From the NCBI GenBank assembly GCA_044869575.1, contig JBIOXH010000253.1, forward strand, positions 1-61,251: a DNA stretch of 61,251 bases, in the 5' to 3' direction. Positions within the stretch are counted from its first letter, which is position 1. Each line of letters opens with the position of its first letter. Source of the DNA: Rhodospirillales bacterium (lineage in GTDB: Bacteria; Pseudomonadota; Alphaproteobacteria; Rhodospirillales; Defluviicoccaceae). The position numbers and the translations under genes are program-made. Under the pieces are notes generated by a model, which ran no database searches, was not told the origin of the DNA, and saw nothing but the letters and a program-made list of their open reading frames with translations. Of the stretch, positions 16,415 through 25,554 are shown piece by piece.

Positions 16415-18146
16415 GAACCTAGTACTCGCGGTGCTTCTGTCGGTGGCGATCCTGTTCGCCTTCCATTACCTCACGCAGATGCTCTACCCACCGCGGGCAC
16501 CGGTTGCGCCCTCCTCGCAGCCGCCAGCGACCCGTCCGACACAGCCTGGCACGCCGCCTCCAGCCGCGGTGCCGGGTTCTGGGATCGCGCCACCTGGACT
16601 CGGGACCGGTCTGGTTCCGCCCGAGACGGTCCCGAGCCCCGCGCACGTGCCAGCGCAGACACCTCGCATCAGGATCAACACACCCGCTCTTCATGGTTCG
16701 ATCGCTCTCGTCGGCGGCCGCATCGATGACGTCACGCTTGCAAGGTACCGAGAGACGCTGGATCCGGACAGCCCGGAGATCGTCCTGTTTTCGCCACTCG
16801 GCAGCGCCGCTCCCTACTTCGCCGAGACAGGCTGGGTTGCGGCGGGCGGGGCCGCGGACGTTCCGGGGCCGGACACGCTCTGGACGGCCGACCGCGATAC
16901 CCTGACCTCCGATAGGCCGGTGGCGCTTTCCTGGGATAACGGCCATGGCCTGGTGTTCAAGCGCACCTTTGCCATCGACGATAACTACATGTTCACGATT
17001 CAGCAGACCGTGGAGAACCGGGGCGCCGAGCCGCTGTCGCTGCTGCCCTATTCGCTGATTACCCGGCATGGGCTGCCGGCGACCAGTGGTTTCTTCATCC
17101 TCTACGAGGGGCCGCTCGGCGTCTTCAACGGCACGCTCGACGAAGTGAAGTATAAAGAAGTTCAGGAAAAGGGCGTGGTTACGCGCCAGACCACTGGCGG
17201 CTGGATCGGCATCACCGACAAGTACTGGCAATCCATTGTCATTCCAGACCAGAAACAGCCGATCACGGCCCGCTTTGTGCATCAGCGCACCCACGACACG
17301 GACCAATTTCAAGTAGACTTCGTGGGCCAGCAACAGACGCTTGCGCCAGGCGCCTCGATCCAGAGCGAGAGCCGGCTGTTCGCCGGCGCCAAGGTGGTGA
17401 CATTAATAGATCATTATGAGGAAAAGTACGGGATCGAGAAATTTTACCTATCGATAGACTGGGGCTGGTTCCGCTTTCTTACACGTCCGGTATTTTACTT
17501 CTTGAACTACCTGCATGGACTGGTCGGTAACTTCGGTGTCGCCATTCTTTTGCTGACGGTGGCGATCAAGCTGGTTTTCTTTCCGCTTGCTAACAAGTCG
17601 TACAAAGCGATGAGCCAGATGCGCAAACTGCAACCGGAGATGATCCGGCTGAAGGAGCGCTTCGGCGACGACCGGGTGCGCCTCAATCAGGAGATGATGG
17701 CGCTGTATAAGCAGGAGAAGGTCAACCCCGCTTCCGGCTGCCTGCCGATCATAATCCAGATTCCGGTGTTCTTCGCGCTCTACAAGGTGTTGTTCGTCAC
17801 GATCGAGATGCGGCACGCTCCCTTTTACGGTTGGATCCGCGACTTGTCGGCGCCCGATCCCACCTCCGTGTTCAACCTGTTCGGACTGATCCCGTGGAAT
17901 CCGCCGCAGTTCCTGATGTTGGGCGCCTGGCCGTTGATCATGGGCGTGACGATGTTCTTGCAGCAGAAACTAAACCCGCAGCCACCCGACCCGATTCAGG
18001 CGAAGATGTTCGCCATCCTGCCGGTCGTCTTCACCTTCATGCTGGCGCACTTCCCGGCCGGATTAGTCATCTACTGGACGTGGAATAACATCCTCTCGAT
18101 CGTCCAGCAGTGGGTGATCATGCGGCGGATGGGAGTAAAGGTCTAA
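16401..18146 (+). CDS. yidC: membrane protein insertase
   Basis: GWIGITDKYW, IDWGWF, GNFGVAI, NPASGCLP, WIRDLSAPDP, GLVIYWTWNN. Confidence 0.98.
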   Translation: MLENKNLVLAVLLSVAILFAFHYLTQMLYPPRAPVAPSSQPPATRPTQPGTPPPAAVPGSGIAPPGLGTGLVPPETVPSPAHVPAQTPRIRINTPALHGSIALVGGRIDDVTLARYRETLDPDSPEIVLFSPLGSAAPYFAETGWVAAGGAADVPGPDTLWTADRDTLTSDRPVALSWDNGHGLVFKRTFAIDDNYMFTIQQTVENRGAEPLSLLPYSLITRHGLPATSGFFILYEGPLGVFNGTLDEVKYKEVQEKGVVTRQTTGGWIGITDKYWQSIVIPDQKQPITARFVHQRTHDTDQFQVDFVGQQQTLAPGASIQSESRLFAGAKVVTLIDHYEEKYGIEKFYLSIDWGWFRFLTRPVFYFLNYLHGLVGNFGVAILLLTVAIKLVFFPLANKSYKAMSQMRKLQPEMIRLKERFGDDRVRLNQEMMALYKQEKVNPASGCLPIIIQIPVFFALYKVLFVTIEMRHAPFYGWIRDLSAPDPTSVFNLFGLIPWNPPQFLMLGAWPLIMGVTMFLQQKLNPQPPDPIQAKMFAILPVVFTFMLAHFPAGLVIYWTWNNILSIVQQWVIMRRMGVKV

Positions 18147-18200
18147 TTCAGCTGCCAACAGGGTGAATTTCCGGCTGTCTCTATTGGACCCGCGCGGCGG

Positions 18201-18605
18201 TCAGGCGGTGCTGTAGCGCGCGCGGGCGCCGCGCTCGATGCCGGCCGCGATCAAGCGGTCGATCTTCAGGCGGTGCCGGATCATCTCGAGCATTCGCGCC
18301 TCTTCCTCCGGCACCTCCTGGTCGGCCGCGGCAATGTCGCAGGCGAGCGCATAGGCGGTCTCGCGCAGTTTCGACGGCAGCGCGGATTCGATCAGCTGGA
18401 AGGCCTTCTCGAGGCCGTCGTCGTCGTCCAGAAGTTCGGCGCAGGATTCGGCCGTTTCCGGCAGTAGGTCCCTGTTGTAGCCTTCGAACACCGGCAGCGT
18501 TCCGATGATTTCAGCGATCTTTCGCAACTCGGAGTCGGGCATTCGGCGATCGGAGGCGGAGACCAGGACCATCGTGTAAATCAACGCGGCGTAGTGACTG
18601 ACCAT
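18201..18605 (-). CDS. TerB-like family protein
   Basis: ALIYTMVLVSASD..M.D.EL, LRETAYALACDIAAAD, IERGARARY. Confidence 0.8.
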   Translation of the reverse strand: MVSHYAALIYTMVLVSASDRRMPDSELRKIAEIIGTLPVFEGYNRDLLPETAESCAELLDDDDGLEKAFQLIESALPSKLRETAYALACDIAAADQEVPEEEARMLEMIRHRLKIDRLIAAGIERGARARYSTA

Positions 18606-18745
18606 GCTCTAGCCTCGGGTGACGGGCGGATCCGGGCGCGACCGCCGCTCGGAAGTGGCTGCTTAATGCGCGAGGCGTCGGAAATCGTCAAGCATACATC
18701 GCCAGCACCGCCGAATGACCTCGGCCAGTAGAGCTGGGCGCGTGG

Positions 18746-21484
18746 TCAGCGCGCGAGTGTCTCGCGGGTCACAACCACGGCCTCGGCAAGACCGACGCGC
18801 CGGATCGCCACTCCCGCGGGAAAGGCGCCGGCCATGCGACTGGGAAGCTGGCGGTCGAGCATGACGAAGACGCCCCGGTCGTCGGCCCGGCGTACAAGTC
18901 GGCCGAAAGCCTGCTTCAGTTTCAGCCGTGTCAGCATCTCGTCGTAGGCGCGACCGCCGAATGCCTCGCGCCGGGCCCGGTGCAGCAGCGTAGGCCTGGG
19001 CCATGGAACACGGTCGAAGACGATCAGCCGTAGCGCGCGGCCGGGCACGTCGATACCGTCGCGCACCGCATCGGTGCCGAGTAGGCAAGCGTCCTCCTCG
19101 GCGCGGAATATGTCGGTCAGCGTGCCGACGTCGAGCGGGTCCACATGCTGCGCCAACAGCGTTAAGCCGGCTTGCTCGAGCGGCTGTGCGATCGCCTCGT
19201 AAACCGACCGCAGCCGGCTGATTGCCGTAAATAGTCCAAGCCCGCCGCCGCCCGCCGCGAGAAACAGCTCGCGGTAGGCGACAGCTACTTGCCTGGCATC
19301 GGTCCGATCGACGTCGCTGACGACGAGAACGCGGGTGCGCGAGACGTAGTCGAACGGCGACGATAAGGTCGACAACACCGGGGCGGTGGCGAGGTGGCGG
19401 GCGCCGGTGCGGTTCTCCGCCACGGCCCAGTCCGCATCGTCGTCGCCGCTGCTGTCGCGCAGGGTCGCCGAGGTGATGAGCGCGCCATGCGCCCCGCGCA
19501 GAACAACATCGGCGAAGGGCCGCATCGGGTCGATCCAATGGCGATAAAGACCCACATCGATCTCCCGCCCATCGATGCGCTCGATCGCCAGCCAGTCGAG
19601 AAACTCCGCCGGCGGCTGCCCCGATAGCGCGCGCAGCATCGCCCGCCAGCCCGCGAGCGGCTCGCTACCGCGCCGTCGGATGCCGCGGCACAGCCCCTCG
19701 ATGCGTTGCCGCTGCGCGGTGTCCAACCGCGCGGCGTCTTCGTCCAGCCGTCGAGCGAGCGCGTGCAGCAGAGCGCGAAGTGGCGTGAGAAGCTTGCCGA
19801 AGGCGTCGTCCAAGCTGGCGGCGGCCTCGAGCAAGCCGGGTGTGGGCGGCTGGATTGCCGCTTCCAGCGTGTACGCCGCCTCGCCGTCGCGGTTACGGGC
19901 GTAGACCTGCTGCCTGGCAAGTGCCAGAAAGCTCTCGGCCGGTCCAACAGGAGTAACGGCGGCGAGTCTGTTCCGCCATCCAGGACCCGGCAGGCGGCGG
20001 GCGGCGCCCAGCGCCTCGGCCAGCGCCTCCGCCGATGCGCTATCCTGGCCTAGTAGATCCTCCGCCCGCTCGCGCAACCCGCGCCTGCGCTGCCGCCCAC
20101 CGTCCTCGGCGCCACGCAGCCAACGCCGTAGTTCCGCGGCCTCGCGGCCGCTCAGGTGCAGAGAGAAGGCATCGTCGGCCGCATCGAACAGCTGGTGGCC
20201 CTCGTCGAACACGTAGCGTGTCGGCAGCGCCTGCTCCTCGGCGCCGCGAGCCGCCTGCACCATGACCAGAGCGTGGTTAGCGACGACAATCTCGGCCTGG
20301 CGCGCCCGGCGGATGGAGCGCTCGACAAAGCACCGCCGATAATGCCGGCAAGCGGCGTAAATGCACTCACCTCTGGTATCGGTGAGATCGAGGGTCAAGC
20401 CTCTGCCGAGAAGGTCCGCCAGCCACGCCGGGAAGTCGCCGCCCACCATATCGCCGTCGCGGCTGGCCAGCGCCCAACGGGCCACCAGACCCAGGGCAGT
20501 CGAATCCTCGCGACGTACGGGCAGCGTCGCCAGCGCCTCCTCAAAGTTCAGCAGGCAGAACAAGTTCTCCCGCCCCTTGCGGACGATCACCTTGCGCGCT
20601 TTCTGCCGCAGATCAGGGTACGCTCGGCCCAGCTCCTGATCCAACTGCCGCTGCAAGTTGCGGGTATAGGTGCTGATCCACACCGCGCCATGGTTCTTCT
20701 GAGCCCACAAGGTGGCGGGCGCGATGTACCCCAAGGTCTTCCCGGTGCCGGTACCGGCTTCCGCCAGCACCAGGCGAGGCTCGCCGACGCGCTCGCGGGG
20801 CGCGAAGGCCCCGGCGATGTGCGAGGCGTACCGCAACTGCTGGGGCCGTGGCTCGGCTTGCTCGCCCAGTAACTGAACCAGCCGGGCGCGCGCCTCGACC
20901 GGCTCGACCGGCCAGGAGTCCGGCGGAGCCTCCGGCGGCCCCTCCTCCCACTCCTTCAGCCGGGTCCACACACGCAGCCCGTCGTTCGGACGACCGGTCG
21001 GGTCGTGCGCGCCGGCGCCCAGCGCTTGCAGGACCGCCGGTCCCCACCGCCAACCACCCCGGGCCATCGTCCAGGCAATGGCGATCGCATCTTGCCCTGG
21101 TGAAGCATTGAGGTCGGCGAGCAGCGCGCCGGCGGCCGCGAACAGACTCGCCGCCTCTTCATCACGCGAACGCGGGGGTGGCAGTATCAGGGACTGCGCC
21201 AAGCCACGCGGTGTCGGGACGCAAAAGCGGGCGGGGCGCGTGAAGGCGAACAGCTCCAACAGGTCGTAAGCGTCGATCGCCGTCAGCCGCAGCCGGCGGG
21301 CGACGGAGCGGGCATGGCAGACGATCGGCGCTGCCCCGCGGCGCACCCGATCCGCCGCCTCTTCCAGACTCAGCGTCTCCGCCTCGCCGGCTTCGGAGAC
21401 CCAGACCGCCTCGTGAACTCCGATAACCAGCGCCGGAGCATTCGGCGGACGAGCGCGCGCTGCCGCAAAGGTTGGTGTGGTCAT
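18746..21484 (-). CDS. ATP-dependent DNA helicase, DinG/YoaA family
   Basis: EAGTGTGKT, KGRENLFC plus ECIYAACRHYRRC Fe-S cysteines, ANHAL, FDEGH, TSATL, DGIDVPG, QAFGRLVR. Confidence 0.92.
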   Translation of the reverse strand: MTTPTFAAARARPPNAPALVIGVHEAVWVSEAGEAETLSLEEAADRVRRGAAPIVCHARSVARRLRLTAIDAYDLLELFAFTRPARFCVPTPRGLAQSLILPPPRSRDEEAASLFAAAGALLADLNASPGQDAIAIAWTMARGGWRWGPAVLQALGAGAHDPTGRPNDGLRVWTRLKEWEEGPPEAPPDSWPVEPVEARARLVQLLGEQAEPRPQQLRYASHIAGAFAPRERVGEPRLVLAEAGTGTGKTLGYIAPATLWAQKNHGAVWISTYTRNLQRQLDQELGRAYPDLRQKARKVIVRKGRENLFCLLNFEEALATLPVRREDSTALGLVARWALASRDGDMVGGDFPAWLADLLGRGLTLDLTDTRGECIYAACRHYRRCFVERSIRRARQAEIVVANHALVMVQAARGAEEQALPTRYVFDEGHQLFDAADDAFSLHLSGREAAELRRWLRGAEDGGRQRRRGLRERAEDLLGQDSASAEALAEALGAARRLPGPGWRNRLAAVTPVGPAESFLALARQQVYARNRDGEAAYTLEAAIQPPTPGLLEAAASLDDAFGKLLTPLRALLHALARRLDEDAARLDTAQRQRIEGLCRGIRRRGSEPLAGWRAMLRALSGQPPAEFLDWLAIERIDGREIDVGLYRHWIDPMRPFADVVLRGAHGALITSATLRDSSGDDDADWAVAENRTGARHLATAPVLSTLSSPFDYVSRTRVLVVSDVDRTDARQVAVAYRELFLAAGGGGLGLFTAISRLRSVYEAIAQPLEQAGLTLLAQHVDPLDVGTLTDIFRAEEDACLLGTDAVRDGIDVPGRALRLIVFDRVPWPRPTLLHRARREAFGGRAYDEMLTRLKLKQAFGRLVRRADDRGVFVMLDRQLPSRMAGAFPAGVAIRRVGLAEAVVVTRETLAR

Positions 21485-21659
21485 GCGCCACAGTATAGCC
21501 GCACCCGCGCAGGCGCGCAGTCCATGAGCAATGCGAGAAGGCGTCTCCTCATGGGCTCCTCGCATGGGTGATTTCAGAGCGCAGTCCGGTGCCTATATTG
21601 CGTTGAAGCGTGGCCGGAATCGAATCGGGCGGGCCCATCGAGATTCGGGATGAAGTGGG

Positions 21660-22295
21660 ATGACCTACTCGGTGAAGGAAATCTTCTATACGCTGCAAGG
21701 CGAGGGTGTGAACGCCGGCCGCCCGGCGGTGTTTTGCCGCTTCTCCGGCTGCAACCTGTGGAGCGGGCATGAGGCAGACCGGCCGGCGGCGGCCTGCCCA
21801 TTCTGCGACACAGATTTCGTCGGCACCAACGGCGTGAATGGCGGCAAGTTCGTGCACGCCGCCGATCTCGCCAAGGCCATCGCCGCGCAATGGCCGCGTT
21901 GCACAGGCAGCGAGCCATTGGTGGTTTGCACGGGCGGCGAACCGCTGCTGCAGCTGGATGCCACCCTGGTCCGCGAGCTCTCGGAACGAGACTTCACCAT
22001 AGCCATCGAGACCAACGGCACCTGCCTGCCGCCCGACGGGCTAGACTGGATTTGTGTAAGCCCGAAAGTCGGCGCGCCGCTGCGCTTGACCTGGGGTGAC
22101 GAGCTCAAGCTGGTCTATCCGCAAGCGGGCGCCGAACCGGCGGCCTACGAGGAGCTCGCCTTCGATCATTTCTTGCTGCAGCCGATGGATGGGCCCGAGT
22201 TGCGGCGAAACACCGACCTGGCTATCGACTATTGCCTCTCGCATCCACGCTGGCGGCTCAGCCTGCAAACGCACAAGCTGATCGGCGTTCGATGA
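21660..22295 (+). CDS. queE: 7-carboxy-7-deazaguanine synthase (radical SAM, CX14CX2C type)
   Basis: EIFYTLQGEG, RFSGCNLW..CPFCDT, TGGEP, ETNG, SPK, SLQTHK. Confidence 0.95.
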   Translation: MTYSVKEIFYTLQGEGVNAGRPAVFCRFSGCNLWSGHEADRPAAACPFCDTDFVGTNGVNGGKFVHAADLAKAIAAQWPRCTGSEPLVVCTGGEPLLQLDATLVRELSERDFTIAIETNGTCLPPDGLDWICVSPKVGAPLRLTWGDELKLVYPQAGAEPAAYEELAFDHFLLQPMDGPELRRNTDLAIDYCLSHPRWRLSLQTHKLIGVR

Positions 22296-22343
22296 TGCGC
22301 CTCTCGATGATAAGGCTCGCGCTCTGGTCTCGCGCGGCGCGGA

Positions 22344-23207
22344 TCAACTAGCCGGCGGCTCCGTCACCCGTTCCGATGCTGGCTTGCCGCAGAAGGCGGC
22401 AATCGCGTCGAAGTACGTTTGGCGGCCGACCAGCATAAGATCGTTGTGCCCGGCGCCGGGAATGCGGATCAGCGTCTTTGGCTGTCCAGCAGAGGCTTCG
22501 TAGAGCGCTTCGGCGTCGCTGATTGGGATAATCCAGTCCCGCTCGCCATGTATAATCAGCGTCGGTAGCTTGACGCGCGCGATCTTCTCGATGTTGCCGA
22601 AGCCGTCCCGATGCTCGTACGCATCGGCTGGCTGCAGAAAGCCGATTCGCTCGATGAGTGGGAAAGTATACGCGAAGGCGCTTTCCAGAAGCAGCCCGGC
22701 GATGCTCCGCGGCACCGCCGTGTCGACGATCTCGAGCGCCGCGGCACTGCCGAGGGAGCGGCCCATGACGAAGAACTTACCTGCAGCTATGCCACGATCC
22801 TCCAGCACCTGGCGGACGAGCGCGTAGACGGCGCAGGCGTCATCGACAAGTGTGGTGGCAGTGGGGGCACCTTCGCTCAGCCCGTAGCCGCGATAGTCGA
22901 CAACAAACAGGGTGAAGCCCATACGCGTGTAGAACGGGGCGATGGTGTCGTAGTCGGACGCGGTTTCACCGTTGCCGTGGAAGTACAAGATGATCGGCCC
23001 CCCGGGTTCGCCGGCGAACACCTTGCCGCCGAGGTGCACGTCCTGCCCCATCGGAATCCGGACCGTATGAACGCCTCGAGCAAGCCGGGGCATGCCAACG
23101 TCGCGACGGGGATAGAAGAGGACGCTGGTGACCTCCGGTCGGTCCAGCACTTCGTACACTCGTCGACTCAACCCTTCCTCCACCGATACCTTTTGAGCGC
23201 CGACCAC
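22344..23207 (-). CDS. alpha/beta-fold serine hydrolase
   Basis: YFHGNGE, DYRGYGLS, GRSLG nucleophile, HGERD, GAGHND. Confidence 0.9.
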   Translation of the reverse strand: MVGAQKVSVEEGLSRRVYEVLDRPEVTSVLFYPRRDVGMPRLARGVHTVRIPMGQDVHLGGKVFAGEPGGPIILYFHGNGETASDYDTIAPFYTRMGFTLFVVDYRGYGLSEGAPTATTLVDDACAVYALVRQVLEDRGIAAGKFFVMGRSLGSAAALEIVDTAVPRSIAGLLLESAFAYTFPLIERIGFLQPADAYEHRDGFGNIEKIARVKLPTLIIHGERDWIIPISDAEALYEASAGQPKTLIRIPGAGHNDLMLVGRQTYFDAIAAFCGKPASERVTEPPAS

Positions 23208-23277
23208 TGGTCATAAGGGCGCCGAGCCGCACTCCGAACTCAGCAAACTGACGCGCCAGCGCGGGTTTGCGTCAAGC

Positions 23278-23862
23278 TCAACGCGGCTGGCCACTCCCCG
23301 AGATTGTATCGACGGCTCCTCCGGCAATCAGCTGCTTGACTGTCTCATCGCGTCCGGCCCGGGCAGCCCGCATCAATGGCGTCGTGCCATCCATGCTCGT
23401 TGCGTTCGGGTCGGCGCCTGCCGTCAACAGGGCGCCCACGATCTCCGTATTACCGGCGCCCGCCGCATAGTGGAGTGCCGTGAGCCCCTCTGCGGACTCG
23501 GCGTTGACGTCAGCGCCGCGGGCGATAAGCAGCCGCGTGGTCCGGGGATAGTCGCTGTACGCCGCGCCCATCAGCGCCGTCGTGCCATTACTGGCGCGGG
23601 CGTTGACATCGGCCCCCTCCTTGAGCAGACGCTCGACGCTGAAGATGTCACCGCCGACCGCGGCGGTGAGAAGCTTGCCGTTTGGCCCCTCCGGCAATGA
23701 TGGCCTATCCACGGCTGCGGAAGTTTGCGGGGCCGCGCGGGTCGCGCAGCCTTCGAGCGCCATCGAGACAAGCGGCGTCAGCACCGCGACCGCGAGTATC
23801 TGGCGAGCACGGCGGCACCATAACGCGGGAGGATGAGCACGTAAGAGCTGGCTTGTCGGCAA
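23278..23862 (-). CDS. ankyrin-repeat lipoprotein (4 repeats)
   Basis: GTTALM.AA, GLTALHYAA, GTTPLMRAA, GADVN repeats; lipobox LEGC; TTG start at 23862 after GAGAGGA (ORF track starts at 23919). Confidence 0.85.
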   Translation of the reverse strand: MPTSQLLRAHPPALWCRRARQILAVAVLTPLVSMALEGCATRAAPQTSAAVDRPSLPEGPNGKLLTAAVGGDIFSVERLLKEGADVNARASNGTTALMGAAYSDYPRTTRLLIARGADVNAESAEGLTALHYAAGAGNTEIVGALLTAGADPNATSMDGTTPLMRAARAGRDETVKQLIAGGAVDTISGSGQPR

Positions 23863-23996
23863 GGCAGGTATCCTCTCGCAATGGCCGATCTCGACAGACG
23901 CCCTCGGTGTATACAGCATCAGAGGTCGCTGTTCTGTTCAATTTCGGGAACCGAGACCATATTGCGCAAATGCGCGCGATACATCACCTTGGCCGC

Positions 23997-25436
23997 ATGC
24001 ATAGCGGCGGAGTTGGCGAGTCACTGATCCCTCCCGATGTACTGCGGGCGATCCGCGACGCGGTGGGGCCGAAGGGCTGGATTGAAGGGGCAGGCGCGCT
24101 CGAGCCTTACTTGCGCGAGGAACGCGGTTTGTTTCTCGGCCATTGCGCGGCCGTCGTCCGACCCGCGACAACGGAAGAGCTGGCGCGGGTCGTCACACTG
24201 TGCGCCGGCGCTGGCATTCCGGTGGTGCCGCACGGTGGCAACACCGGCCTCGTCGGCGGTGGCGTTCCAAGGGGTGGCGTGGTGCTGTCGACCGCTCGGC
24301 TCGACCGTATTCGCGCTCTCGATCCGGCAAACCGCACAATGACCGTCGAGGCCGGCGCTATATTGGCTGACGTACAGGCGGCGGCCGATGAGGCCGGCGC
24401 GCTGTTCCCGCTCAGCCTAGCGGCCCAGGGAAGTTGCAGGCTGGGCGGCAATCTGGCCACCAACGCAGGCGGCATAAACGTCTTACGGTACGGCAACGCT
24501 CGCGAGCTTGTGCTCGGGCTGGAGGTAGTACTGCCGGACGGCAGGATCTGGAACGGCCTGAGCGGACTGCGCAAAAACAACACCGGCTACGACCTGAAGG
24601 AGCTCTTTCTCGGCTCGGAGGGTACGCTCGGCATCATCACCGCCGCCGTTCTGAAGCTGTTCGCCAAGCCCCGCGTGAGCGAAACGGCGCTCGTCGCGGT
24701 GCCTTCGGTCGCTGCCTCCGTCGCGCTATTCAGAAAGCTGAACGACGTTGCCGGGGACGCGCTGACGGCGTTCGAGCTGATAGCACGCATAGCGGTCGAC
24801 TTCTGCTTAGCGCACATACCCGGCTGCGCCGACCCGCTACCCGATCGGCATCCCTGGTATGTCTTGCTCACGCTCACCAGCCCCCGCCGTCGGGACGCGC
24901 TGCGGGATACGCTGGAGGAGGCGCTGTCCGAAGCCTTCGAGGCCGGGACCGTGCTGGACGCGATCGTGGCGCAAAGCCAGAGGCAAACGGCCGAGTTGTG
25001 GCGCTTGCGGGAGAGTGTGCCGGAAGCGCAGAAGCACGAGGGCGGCAGCATCAAGAACGACATCTCGGTGCCGCTCTCGCAAGCCGCCGAGTTCATGGAT
25101 CGGGCGAGCCGGGCCGTCGAAGAAGCCGTGCCAGGGATCCGCGTCGTCGCGTTCGGCCATCTCGGCGACGGCAACATCCACTTCAACTTGAGCCAGCCGG
25201 TCGGCATGGATCGACAGGCCTTTCTCGGCAAGTGGGATGACTTGGAGCGGCTGGTCTGTGACATCGCCGCCGACCTCGGCGGCAGCTTCTCGGCCGAGCA
25301 CGGCATCGGCGAGCTGAAGAGAGCGAGCCTACTGCGCTACAAATCGCCGTTGGAGATCGATCTCATGCGCCGCGTGAAGAGGGCGCTCGATCCGCAAAAC
25401 ATCATGAATCCAGGGAAGGTTCTCTTCCCGGAGTAG
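23997..25436 (+). CDS. FAD-linked D-2-hydroxyacid dehydrogenase (GlcD/D2HGDH family)
   Basis: PHGGNTGLVGG, GGNLATNAGG, KNNTGYDL, GSEGTLG, FGHLGDGNIH, SAEHGIG, MNPGK; start uncertain. Confidence 0.9.
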   Translation: MHSGGVGESLIPPDVLRAIRDAVGPKGWIEGAGALEPYLREERGLFLGHCAAVVRPATTEELARVVTLCAGAGIPVVPHGGNTGLVGGGVPRGGVVLSTARLDRIRALDPANRTMTVEAGAILADVQAAADEAGALFPLSLAAQGSCRLGGNLATNAGGINVLRYGNARELVLGLEVVLPDGRIWNGLSGLRKNNTGYDLKELFLGSEGTLGIITAAVLKLFAKPRVSETALVAVPSVAASVALFRKLNDVAGDALTAFELIARIAVDFCLAHIPGCADPLPDRHPWYVLLTLTSPRRRDALRDTLEEALSEAFEAGTVLDAIVAQSQRQTAELWRLRESVPEAQKHEGGSIKNDISVPLSQAAEFMDRASRAVEEAVPGIRVVAFGHLGDGNIHFNLSQPVGMDRQAFLGKWDDLERLVCDIAADLGGSFSAEHGIGELKRASLLRYKSPLEIDLMRRVKRALDPQNIMNPGKVLFPE

Positions 25437-25465
25437 CCGCCCGCGGTCTCGCGGAATGGAACGCC

Positions 25466-25498
25466 GGGCCGCGTCGCGGGGGGTTAGCGACGCGGCCC
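25466..25498. terminator. 12-bp GC hairpin between convergent genes
   Basis: GGGCCGCGTCGC / GCGACGCGGCCC perfect inverted repeat with 9-nt loop; no clear U-tract. Confidence 0.5.
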
Positions 25499-25554
25499 AG
25501 CTCCCAAGGATTTGGCGGGGGGTTAGAGGAGCTGCCGCCGTTTCCTGGGTAGAC

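Noticed and set aside
18201-18605. Tellurite-resistance or defence island with the DinG helicase
   Set aside because: A lone TerB-like gene and this long DinG form are ordinary alphaproteobacterial chromosomal genes; no other ter, cas or defence genes are nearby.
21660-22295. Atypical CX14CX2C radical SAM motif; possible 7-deazaguanine DNA-modification system
   Set aside because: The motif is already known from Burkholderia-type QueE, and there are no dpd or tgt-like genes in the window.
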